Assembly: GCF_000025925.1 (NCBI RefSeq)
Contig: NC_014033.1
Span: forward strand, 1,740,001-1,772,000
Source of the DNA: Xylanibacter ruminicola 23
Lineage (GTDB): Bacteria; Bacteroidota; Bacteroidia; Bacteroidales; Bacteroidaceae
Length of the DNA stretch: 32,000 bases
Direction of reading: 5' to 3'
A program made the translations under genes and the position numbers. Positions within the stretch are counted from its first letter, which is position 1; the number at the start of each line of letters is the position of its first letter. The notes beneath the pieces were generated by a model. It worked only from the letters and a program-made list of their open reading frames with translations. It did no database searches and had not been told where the DNA came from. Below, in pieces: positions 1-8,037 of this stretch.

Positions 1-646
1 TGCATCGAACGTGATTCAGCACCACGGCATTAAGTTTACCGATGATATCGACAAACTGAACCGCAGCTTGAACGAGGCTGGCATCGTGTATCTGCACGCC
101 CAGCTGTTTGCCAAGGCCATGAAGTTTGTAGGCCCCATCCGCAAGGCCCTGCAGTTCCCTACCATCTTTAATTTGTTAGGACCACTGGTTAACCCCTCAC
201 AGCCACAGTGCCAGTTATTGGGTGTAGCCAACCTCGACCAGATGCGCCTGTACAACCAGGTATATCAAAAGATTGGAATCGACTACGGTATCGTGAACTC
301 TATCGATGGTTACGACGAGATCTCGCTGACAGGCGACTTCAAGGTAACCACCAAGCATTACGAGCGTATCTTTAAGCCCAGCGACCTTGGCTTTGAAATT
401 GCCAAGCCCGAAGAGTTGGTTGGCGGTGCTACCGAAGAGGAGGCAGCACAGATCTTCGACAGCGTACTGGAGAACCGTGCCCTGCCCGCTCAGAAGAATA
501 TCGTACTGGCCAATGCCGCCTTCGGTATCCAGGTTCTGGAGAAGGGCGAGAAGAGCATCGAGGAGTGTGTAGAGATTGCCCGCGAGAGTATCGACAGCGG
601 TGCCGCCCTCCGCACCTTCAAGAAGTTCGTTGAGTTGAACAGTTAA
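1..646 (+). CDS. trpD: Anthranilate phosphoribosyltransferase, C-terminal part (5' end lies upstream of the window)
   Basis: The frame is open from base 2, so the track Met at 11 is internal. The translation carries the TrpD core KFVGPIRKALQFPTIFNLLGPLVNPSQPQCQLLGV (compare RTIFNLLGPLTNPA in characterised TrpD). It lies directly upstream of trpC-trpF-trpA. Stop TAA at 644-646. Confidence 0.85.
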   Translation, partial: ASNVIQHHGIKFTDDIDKLNRSLNEAGIVYLHAQLFAKAMKFVGPIRKALQFPTIFNLLGPLVNPSQPQCQLLGVANLDQMRLYNQVYQKIGIDYGIVNSIDGYDEISLTGDFKVTTKHYERIFKPSDLGFEIAKPEELVGGATEEEAAQIFDSVLENRALPAQKNIVLANAAFGIQVLEKGEKSIEECVEIARESIDSGAALRTFKKFVELNS

Positions 647-708
647 TTTTGGGCAACGGACTACAGGACCTAAAGATTATGCACTACCTATTGTAAATAT
701 AAATAACA

Positions 709-1494
709 ATGGATATATTAGAAGAGATAGTAGCGAACAAGCGCGTGGAAGTTGAAGCAGCCAAGTTGGCTGTAGCACCAGCAGTGCTGCACAAACAGGT
801 GGAGGCGATTCTCGACTTTAGCGTGGCTTCGATGAAAAATGCCCTCACCGCATCCGACTCGGGCATCATCGCAGAGTTCAAACGCAAGTCACCTTCAAAG
901 GGTTGGATCAAAGAGGAGGGCCAACCCGACATCATCCCATTGAGCTACCAAAAGAATGGCGCTGCTGCACTGAGCATACTTACCGACCAGAAGTATTTTG
1001 GCGGTTGCGACGACTTTATTCGCACGGCCCGTCACAGCGGTGTAAACATCCCCATCCTTTACAAGAACTTTGTGATAGATGAGTACCAGCTGTTCCAGGC
1101 ACGCTTGTGCGGGGCTTCGGCTGTACTGCTGATTGCCGCCGACTTGTCGATAGCCGAGTGTAAAAGTCTGCTGAACACCGCCCACCAGTTAGGTCTGGAA
1201 GTTCTTTTAGAGATGCACTCCAACAAAGAATTGGAATACGCTGGGTTAGAGCCAGATATGTACGGTATCAACAACCGCAATTTAGGTTCATTTGTGACCG
1301 ACGTAGAGAACTCATTCCGCTTGGCTGAGCTATTACCAAAGGATGCCGTAAAGGTGAGCGAGAGTGGTATTTCGAACCCTGATACGGTGAAGGCTTTACG
1401 TGAGGTTGGTTTCCGTGGTTTCCTGATTGGCGAGAACTTTATGAAGACAGCCGATCCAGGATCAGCATTACGTGAATTGATTGAGAAGCTATGA
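709..1494 (+). CDS. trpC: Indole-3-glycerol-phosphate synthase
   Basis: 261 aa with the IGPS signature IIAEFKRKSPSKG, plus ILTDQKYFGG and GINNRNL blocks. It sits between trpD and trpF. Its stop overlaps the trpF start (ATGA at 1491-1494). Confidence 0.9.
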   Translation: MDILEEIVANKRVEVEAAKLAVAPAVLHKQVEAILDFSVASMKNALTASDSGIIAEFKRKSPSKGWIKEEGQPDIIPLSYQKNGAAALSILTDQKYFGGCDDFIRTARHSGVNIPILYKNFVIDEYQLFQARLCGASAVLLIAADLSIAECKSLLNTAHQLGLEVLLEMHSNKELEYAGLEPDMYGINNRNLGSFVTDVENSFRLAELLPKDAVKVSESGISNPDTVKALREVGFRGFLIGENFMKTADPGSALRELIEKL

Positions 1495-2129
1495 TAATCA
1501 AGGTTTGTGGTATGAGAGAGGCGGAGAACATCCGCGAGGTTGAACAATGTTCAATGTTAAATGATCAATGTTCAATTGATTGGATGGGCTTCATCTTCTG
1601 GCCTAAGTCGAGTAGGTTTGTGAGCCAAGTGCCAGCTTACTTGCCAAAGCACTGCCAGCGCGTGGGTGTGTTTGTTGATGCCAGCATCGGCGACATCATG
1701 TCGGCCGTAGATAGCTTTGCACTCAACTATATCCAGTTGCATGGTCAGGAGTCGCCCAGCTACATCATTCAGTTGAAGCCACATCTACCCGCCGATGTAA
1801 AAATAATTAAATCCTTCAACATCGCCACTACCAACGACCTGGCGCAGACCAAACCCTACGAAGGATTGGCAGATATCTTTCTCTTCGATACGAAAGGAAA
1901 GTGCGTGGGTGGCAACGGTGAGAAGTTCGACTGGACGGTACTCGACGCCTACACAGGCAACACACCTTTCTTGCTGAGTGGTGGTATCGGTCCCGATGAT
2001 GCTGAGCGTGTTCGCAACTTCCAGCACGACAAGTGCATTGGTATCGACTTGAACTCACGCTTCGAATCAGTCCCTGCTCTCAAGGATGCCGAAAAACTCA
2101 AGGCATTCTTTCAGAATGTAAAAATGTAA
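1491..2129 (+). CDS. trpF: N-(5'-phosphoribosyl)anthranilate isomerase
   Basis: 212 aa with PRAI-type blocks MIIKVCGM, GFIFWPKSSRFV, IQLHG, FLLSGGIGPDD and GIDLNSRFE. The ATGA overlap with trpC supports the start. Confidence 0.9.
   Translation: MIIKVCGMREAENIREVEQCSMLNDQCSIDWMGFIFWPKSSRFVSQVPAYLPKHCQRVGVFVDASIGDIMSAVDSFALNYIQLHGQESPSYIIQLKPHLPADVKIIKSFNIATTNDLAQTKPYEGLADIFLFDTKGKCVGGNGEKFDWTVLDAYTGNTPFLLSGGIGPDDAERVRNFQHDKCIGIDLNSRFESVPALKDAEKLKAFFQNVKM
1545..1579 (+). repeat. Heptanucleotide tandem array inside trpF: CAATGTT CAATGTT AAATGAT CAATGTT CAATTGA
   Basis: Read directly in a 7-nt register: three perfect and two degenerate units. The 11-mer CAATGTTCAAT recurs exactly 21 nt apart (1545 and 1566). 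Confidence 0.7.
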
Positions 2130-2154
2130 AAATGAGATAATGTAAAAATGTAAT
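2115..2154 (+). repeat. Octanucleotide tandem array at the trpF-trpA junction: AATGTAAA AATGTAAA AATGAGAT AATGTAAA AATGTAAT
   Basis: Read directly in an 8-nt register. Unit 2 contains the trpF stop (TAA 2127-2129). The array ends 3 nt before the trpA ATG (2158). Confidence 0.8.
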
Positions 2155-2157
2155 AAG

Positions 2158-2934
2158 ATGAATAAGATCAATCAACTTTTCGCAAACAGTCAGGACCAGA
2201 AACTCCTGTCGCTATACTTTTGCGCAGGCTGCCCCACACTCGAGGGCACAGGCGATGTGATTCTCGCCATGCAGCGTCGTGGTATTGCCATGATTGAAGT
2301 TGGCATTCCGTTCAGCGATCCGCTGGCCGACGGTCCTGTTATTCAGACTGCCGCCACCCAGGCCCTGAAAAACGGTATGAACCTGCATATCCTTTTCGAT
2401 CAGCTGAAAGCCATCAAGGATCAGGTGCAGATTCCACTGGTACTGATGGGCTATCTGAACCCTATTCTGCACTACGGTATCGAGGCTTTCTGTCAGAGTT
2501 GTGTAGAGGCTGGCGTGAGTGGTGCCATCATCCCCGACCTGCCATTCAAGGATTATCAGGAGGTAGTAAAACCCATTGCTGATAAATACGACCTGCGCAT
2601 CATCATGCTCATCACGCCAGAGACCAGTGAGGATCGTATCCGCTTTATCGACGATAATACCGATGGTTTTGTGTATATGGTGTCGAGTGCAGCCATCACT
2701 GGTGCACAGAAGAGTTTCGACGAAGCCAAACAAGAGTATTTCCGTCGTATCAACGCCATGAATCTGCGCAACCCACGTATGATTGGTTTCGGCATCAGCA
2801 ACAAGCAGACGTTCGAAGCCGCCCAGCAGAATGCCGCAGGTGCCATCATCGGTTCGAAGTTTGTAACCTTGCTGAATGAGAGCAACAACGCCGACGAGGC
2901 CCTCGACAAACTGTTTGACGCCCTTGAAAGATAA
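2158..2934 (+). CDS. trpA: Tryptophan synthase alpha chain
   Basis: 258 aa with the TrpA signature [18 protein letters not shown], plus LMGYLNPI and GFGIS blocks. It is the last gene of the trp cluster. Confidence 0.92.
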   Translation: MNKINQLFANSQDQKLLSLYFCAGCPTLEGTGDVILAMQRRGIAMIEVGIPFSDPLADGPVIQTAATQALKNGMNLHILFDQLKAIKDQVQIPLVLMGYLNPILHYGIEAFCQSCVEAGVSGAIIPDLPFKDYQEVVKPIADKYDLRIIMLITPETSEDRIRFIDDNTDGFVYMVSSAAITGAQKSFDEAKQEYFRRINAMNLRNPRMIGFGISNKQTFEAAQQNAAGAIIGSKFVTLLNESNNADEALDKLFDALER

Positions 2935-2964
2935 CGTTTACGTAGAATTTTGCGTATTGATTAG

Positions 2965-2995
2965 TTTGTAGTTTAGCACTTTTGTTGTATATTTG
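2965..2995 (+). promoter_or_regulatory. Bacteroidetes-type promoter candidate for the three-module glycosidase gene
   Basis: TTTG at 2965-2968 and TATATTTG (TAnnTTTG) at 2988-2995 with 19 nt between them. The -7 box lies 46 nt upstream of the ATG at 3042. Confidence 0.5.
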
Positions 2996-3041
2996 CAGCA
3001 AAATTGCGAGACTGCAAACTAATAAACGTTACTAAATACAG

Positions 3042-6000
3042 ATGATTAAAAGAATTTTTCAGATTGCGATGCTCTGCGTGCTGACACCCCTGTTAGCAGC
3101 AGCTCAGCAGTGGGACGAAACTCAGTATCGTCAGATTGAGCAGAGTATCCGCACACCGCATTTTGCCGACAAGGCTTATGTGATTACTCAGTATGGCGCA
3201 AAGACTACCAACACAGCCGCCAAGAACCAGAAGGCTATCCAGAAAGCCATCGACCTCTGCTCGAAGAAGGGCGGCGGCCGCGTAGTAATTCCCGCAAATC
3301 AGAAGTTCCTGACAGGTGCCATCCAGTTGAAGAGTAGTGTGAACCTGGAGGTGCAGGAAGGTGCCGTACTCGAGTTTGCCTTCCAGCCCGAGCTCTACCC
3401 CATCGTAGAAACCTCATGGGAGGGTTTGGAGTGCTTCAACCTCTCGCCTTGTGTATATGCTTTCAAGGCTAAGGATATTGCCATTACCGGTAAGGGAACC
3501 ATCGACGGTGGCGGTAGCAACGACACCTGGTGGCCTTGGAATGGTAATCCCCGTTTTGGTTGGAAAGAGGGCACCATCAGTCAGCGTGGCGGCTCACGTG
3601 CGCGCCTGCTTAAGAATGGTGAGGACGGTGTACCTATGTATAATGAGAAAGGTGAGCGTAGCCCCGAGCGCGTGTTTACAGCTCAGGATGGTCTGCGCCC
3701 ACAGCTGGTAAGCTTTAACAAGTGCGAAGGCATTCTGTTGGAGGATGTAACGCTGTTGCGTTCGCCGTTCTGGGTGATTCACCCCCTGCACTCTACCGAT
3801 ATTACTGTTCGTCGTGTAAAAATGATTAACGACGGACCTAACGGCGACGGCTGCGACCCAGAGTGCTGCGACCGCGTGCTGATTGAGGACTGTTTCTTTA
3901 ACACCGGCGACGACTGTATCGCTATCAAGAGCGGACGTAATCGCGACGGCCGTGAGCGTAACATGCCATCCAAGAACATCATCATCCGCAACTGCGAGAT
4001 GAAGAATGGCCATGGCGGTGTGGTAGTAGGCTCAGAGATTTCGGGCGGTTGCCAGAATGTGTATGCTCACGATTGTGTGATGGATTCGCCAGAGCTGGAG
4101 CGCGTGCTGCGTATCAAGACCAACAGCTGCCGTGGTGGTATCATCGAGAATATCAACATGCGTAACATCACCGTTGGCAAGTGTAAGGAGAGTGTGCTGA
4201 AGATTAACCTCGACTACGAGCACAACGAGATATGCTGCCGTGGCTACTACCCCATCGTTCGCAACGTTTATATGGAGAATGTTACCAGTCAGCAGTCGCA
4301 GTATGGTGTGCAGATTATCGGTCTCGACGAAGATACATTTGTTTACGACATCAATGTCAAGAACTGTCACTTCAACGGCGTCAAGAGTGGCAACTTTATG
4401 AGCGGCAAGACCCGCAACGTCAACTTCGACCGCTTGTTTATCAATGGTTCGCTGGCACTGCTCAAGGCCCCATACCAGAACTACTCGGAGTGGATGACCT
4501 ACAGCGAGATGCAGCGCACCCCTAAGAGCTACCTGCTGGACTTCTCGCAGAAACCCAAGTGGAGTTACGTGATGGGTATTGAACTGGAAGGTATGCTCGA
4601 CACCTATCTTAAATATGGTGGTGAGGATATCCGCAAGTACTGTCAGGAATATACCGACACGATGATTAACGCCAAAGGCGTCATTCGCAACTACGACATC
4701 CTGGACTACAACCTCGACAACGTGCGTACTGGTCATTTCGTAACCCGCATGTATCAGCAGTGGCCCGAGGCAAAGAACCTGGCAGCGATGAAGACGATGA
4801 TGAAGCAGTTGCAGAATCAGCCCCGCACCATCGCCGACAAGGTATTCTGGCACAAGGCCATCTATGCCTACCAGGTATGGCTCGATGGTATTTTCATGGG
4901 TCTGCCCTTCCGCACACTCACTGCCCCCATCACCACCACCGCCAAGGAGGCTAAAAAAGGTGCCATCAACAAGATTTACGACGATGCTGTAAACCAGCTG
5001 AAGATAACCTACGAGCGCACACTCGACCCCAAGACAGGTTTGAACCGTCATGCCTACGACGAAACCCGCAACACCTTCTGGGCCGATAAGACTACAGGTC
5101 TCTCACAGCACTGCTGGGGCCGCGCGCAGGGTTGGTATTCGATGGCACTCATCGAGGTGCTCGATGCCCTGCCCGAGGATTACGCCCGTCGCCAGGAAGT
5201 AATCGACCTGCTGAAGAAGGATCTGGATGCCGTTATCAAATGGCAGGACAAGAAAACAGGTGTTTGGTATCAGGTGATGGAGCAGCCTGGTCGCGAAGGC
5301 AACTATCTGGAGTCAACCTGCTCGTCGATGTTTGCCTATGTGCTGCTCAAGGCTTACAACAAAGGTTACCTGGGCACCAAATATCGCGATGCCGGTATCA
5401 AAGCCTATAAAGGTATCATCAACAACTTTATCCGCGTAAACGAGGATCAAACCATCTCGCTCACTCAGTGTTGTTCGGTAGCAGGACTCGGTCCGGCCGC
5501 CACACCCGAGGTACAGGCGGCCTTGAAGAAGATAAACCCCAAGGCAACGGTAAATGAGAATACCCGACGTGATGGCGGTTTCAACTACTATCTGTCGGAA
5601 CCTATTCGCGACAACGATGCCAAAGGTGTTGGCCCGTTTATCTGGGCCTCGCTCGAAATGGAACAGTTAGGATACAATATCAACAACGTGACGGCCTCTA
5701 TAGACCGTCACGCTGTTGTTAATCGCAACAACCCTCTTATCACCAAAGCCGATGCGCTGTCGTCGCTGTCGGTTGGTAACGGTCACTTTGTAACCACCGT
5801 GGATGTCACGGGTTTACAGTCGTACCCCAACGATTATCAGACAGGTGTACCGTTGTGTGCCATGAGTGATTGGGGGTGGCATCAGTTTCCGAACACCAAG
5901 GGATTGAAACCTTCGGAATCGGAAAAAGCCTACGACTTTGGGCATGGGCATCCTGAGGTATATGCCGTAGAATACAAGAAAGCAGAGGACGGTCGCCACA

Positions 6001-7832
6001 AAGAGGCAACCGATTTTTTTCGTATTAACCCCCACCGCTTAAACTTAGGCGCACTGGGCCTGCACCTTACCGATGCCAACGGCACACCTATCGCCTTGAA
6101 TCAGCTTACCAACATTCGTCAGGAACAGAAACTGCTGGATGGCGAGATTGAATCGGTGTTTACAGCCGATGGTCAGAAGGTTGAGGTGACAACAGGTGTT
6201 CATCCTGCCAAAGATGCGGTGTATGCCCGTATCGTAAGCCAGTTGCTCAAAAAACAGCGTGCCACCATCCGTTTGCGTTTCCCCTATCCCACCGGCAAGC
6301 ATGCCGATGATGCCAGCGACTGGAACCAGCCCGAAAAGCACCAGTCGGAGATTGTAGAGCAGAGCGCACAGAAAGCCTTGATTAAGCGCACCCTTGATGC
6401 CACCACCTATTACGTGCTGTTGCAGTGGGAAGGTCAGGCCACACTCAGCAGATGCGATAGTCATGAGTTTGAGCTGGCAGCCAACGAGGATGTGCTCACC
6501 GTATCAGCCGAATATCTGAACAGTCTGCCCACCAGTCAGGCTTTGGCTTTTGAGTACGACCAGTACCATAAAGCCACGTTGCGCCATTGGAATGCCTGGT
6601 GGAAGGCAGGTGCCATCGTGGATTTCTCGCAGTGTACCGATCAGCGCGCCAAGGAGTTGGAGCGCCGCGTGGTACTCTCGCAATACCTCACCCAGATTAA
6701 CTGTGCCAACAACATGCCGCCACAGGAAACAGGACTTACATACAACAGCTGGTTCGGTCGCCCACACTTAGAGATGACCTGGTGGCATGCCGTAGATTTT
6801 ACTCTTTGGAACCGTCCGGAGGTGGTTGCACAGATGCTACAGTGGTACAATACGGTAGCCTATCCCGTGGCCCGACAGATTGCCGAGCGACAAGGCTTTA
6901 AGGGTGTGCGCTGGATGAAGATGACCGACCCATGGGCTGGCGAGGCTCCATCTAACACCGGCTCGTTCCTCATCTGGCAGCAGCCCCACTACATCTATCT
7001 GGCCGAGGAGATGTATCGCGCCAATCCTACTGCCGAGACACTGAAAACCTATGGTGAACAGGTAGAAGCCACCGCCGAGTTTATGGCCGATTACGTTACC
7101 TACGATGCCCAGCAGAAGCGTTACATCCTGAAAGGTGCCACCGCTATGCAGGAGTGCATGACTAAGGACATCTCGTACAATCAGCCCTTTGAGTTGGCCT
7201 ACTGGCAGTACGGTTTGAAGGTGGCCCAGCAGTGGCGCGAACGCCAAGGCAAGGCACGTATCGCCAAATGGGATGATATCATTGCCAAGCTGTCGCCCCT
7301 GCCTGAGACCGATGGCATCTATACAGCCGGCATACAGATAGGTAGCGACAAGAACCACGAGGCATTCGACCCCTTTGATGCTACCAGCAAGAAAGTTGAG
7401 ACCTTTGCCGATAAGTGCCGTAACGACCACCCTGCCGTGCTGGGTGCCTGCGGCATGCTGCCATACACCTCTTTATATAATAAGGAGCAGATGCAGCGCA
7501 CACTCAACTGGGTGATGCAGAACTGGAACTGGCAAACCACCTGGGGATGGGATTACGGTATGATTGCCATGACCGCCGCCCGCTTAGGCGAACCCGAGAC
7601 AGCCCTCAATGCCCTGCTCATCGATACCCAGAAGAATACCTATCTGCCTAGCGGTCATAATTTCCAGACCGCCGACCGCTTGCGCATCTATCTGCCAGGT
7701 AATGGCGCCTTGCTTACAGCCGTGGCCATGATGTGCGCCGGATGGGATGGTTGCAGCCAGCCGCTGAACCCAGGATTCCCCCAAGATGGCCGTTGGAACG
7801 TACGTTGGGAAGGACTACAAAAAATGCAATAA
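3042..7832 (+). CDS. Secreted three-module glycoside hydrolase: GH28 (galacturonidase / rhamnogalacturonan hydrolase fold) + GH105 (unsaturated rhamnogalacturonyl hydrolase) + unassigned ~710-aa glycosidase-like module
   Basis: A single uninterrupted 1596-codon ORF with a Sec signal peptide (MIKRIFQIAMLCVLTPLLAAAQQ). nt ~3160-4465 carries the GH28 signature blocks NGDGCDP, GDDCIAIKSG, GHGGVVVGSE and RIKT. nt ~4480-5680 carries GH105/YteR-type blocks YQVWLDGIFMG, WGRAQGWYSMALIEVLDALP and LESTCSSMFAY. nt ~5690-7829 could not be assigned to a family. Confidence 0.85.
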   Translation: MIKRIFQIAMLCVLTPLLAAAQQWDETQYRQIEQSIRTPHFADKAYVITQYGAKTTNTAAKNQKAIQKAIDLCSKKGGGRVVIPANQKFLTGAIQLKSSVNLEVQEGAVLEFAFQPELYPIVETSWEGLECFNLSPCVYAFKAKDIAITGKGTIDGGGSNDTWWPWNGNPRFGWKEGTISQRGGSRARLLKNGEDGVPMYNEKGERSPERVFTAQDGLRPQLVSFNKCEGILLEDVTLLRSPFWVIHPLHSTDITVRRVKMINDGPNGDGCDPECCDRVLIEDCFFNTGDDCIAIKSGRNRDGRERNMPSKNIIIRNCEMKNGHGGVVVGSEISGGCQNVYAHDCVMDSPELERVLRIKTNSCRGGIIENINMRNITVGKCKESVLKINLDYEHNEICCRGYYPIVRNVYMENVTSQQSQYGVQIIGLDEDTFVYDINVKNCHFNGVKSGNFMSGKTRNVNFDRLFINGSLALLKAPYQNYSEWMTYSEMQRTPKSYLLDFSQKPKWSYVMGIELEGMLDTYLKYGGEDIRKYCQEYTDTMINAKGVIRNYDILDYNLDNVRTGHFVTRMYQQWPEAKNLAAMKTMMKQLQNQPRTIADKVFWHKAIYAYQVWLDGIFMGLPFRTLTAPITTTAKEAKKGAINKIYDDAVNQLKITYERTLDPKTGLNRHAYDETRNTFWADKTTGLSQHCWGRAQGWYSMALIEVLDALPEDYARRQEVIDLLKKDLDAVIKWQDKKTGVWYQVMEQPGREGNYLESTCSSMFAYVLLKAYNKGYLGTKYRDAGIKAYKGIINNFIRVNEDQTISLTQCCSVAGLGPAATPEVQAALKKINPKATVNENTRRDGGFNYYLSEPIRDNDAKGVGPFIWASLEMEQLGYNINNVTASIDRHAVVNRNNPLITKADALSSLSVGNGHFVTTVDVTGLQSYPNDYQTGVPLCAMSDWGWHQFPNTKGLKPSESEKAYDFGHGHPEVYAVEYKKAEDGRHKEATDFFRINPHRLNLGALGLHLTDANGTPIALNQLTNIRQEQKLLDGEIESVFTADGQKVEVTTGVHPAKDAVYARIVSQLLKKQRATIRLRFPYPTGKHADDASDWNQPEKHQSEIVEQSAQKALIKRTLDATTYYVLLQWEGQATLSRCDSHEFELAANEDVLTVSAEYLNSLPTSQALAFEYDQYHKATLRHWNAWWKAGAIVDFSQCTDQRAKELERRVVLSQYLTQINCANNMPPQETGLTYNSWFGRPHLEMTWWHAVDFTLWNRPEVVAQMLQWYNTVAYPVARQIAERQGFKGVRWMKMTDPWAGEAPSNTGSFLIWQQPHYIYLAEEMYRANPTAETLKTYGEQVEATAEFMADYVTYDAQQKRYILKGATAMQECMTKDISYNQPFELAYWQYGLKVAQQWRERQGKARIAKWDDIIAKLSPLPETDGIYTAGIQIGSDKNHEAFDPFDATSKKVETFADKCRNDHPAVLGACGMLPYTSLYNKEQMQRTLNWVMQNWNWQTTWGWDYGMIAMTAARLGEPETALNALLIDTQKNTYLPSGHNFQTADRLRIYLPGNGALLTAVAMMCAGWDGCSQPLNPGFPQDGRWNVRWEGLQKMQ

Positions 7833-7873
7833 TTGCGTAATTTAACAGCGCCATTTTGCTGTGTGCGATAACA

Positions 7874-7910
7874 CCCCTGCATAACGTAAACGTTTGCAGG
7901 GGATTTCTTA
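7874..7910 (+). terminator. Rho-independent terminator candidate after the three-module glycosidase gene
   Basis: Hairpin CCCCTGCATAACG/taaa/CGTTTGCAGGGG (7874-7902) forms 12 bp with one bulged T, followed by ATTTCTTA. Confidence 0.55.
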
Positions 7911-7942
7911 TAGAAAAGTATACATTGTTTCACAATTAATAA

Positions 7943-7950
7943 TACTTTTG
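7943..7950 (+). promoter_or_regulatory. -7 box candidate (TACTTTTG) upstream of the SusC-like gene
   Basis: Matches TAnnTTTG, lies downstream of the terminator hairpin and 87 nt upstream of the ATG at 8038. Confidence 0.4.
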
Positions 7951-8037
7951 CACCCGTAAAGTTCTGCAAGGAGCTTAAAACGCTAAATATTTAACTCTAT
8001 AAAAATAATATTAAGTACAACTAAAACTAACGTTCGT

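Noticed and set aside
694-705. TAAATA TAAATA hexamer doublet just upstream of the trpC start
   Set aside because: Two copies of an AT-only hexamer in an A-rich initiation region are too short to distinguish from chance.
4032-5051. 339-aa minus-strand ORF inside the three-module glycosidase gene, along with similar ORFs at 3594-4013, 6045-6464 and 6837-7430
   Set aside because: They lie entirely antisense to a plus-strand ORF with clear family motifs. Their translations are low-complexity (V/L/G/H/Q-rich) and they have no promoter or signal features. These are typical shadow ORFs of GC3-biased coding sequence.
7688-7969. 93-aa minus-strand ORF spanning the glycosidase 3' end, the terminator and the SusC promoter
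   Set aside because: It runs through a terminator hairpin and a promoter region of the opposite strand and shows no motifs.
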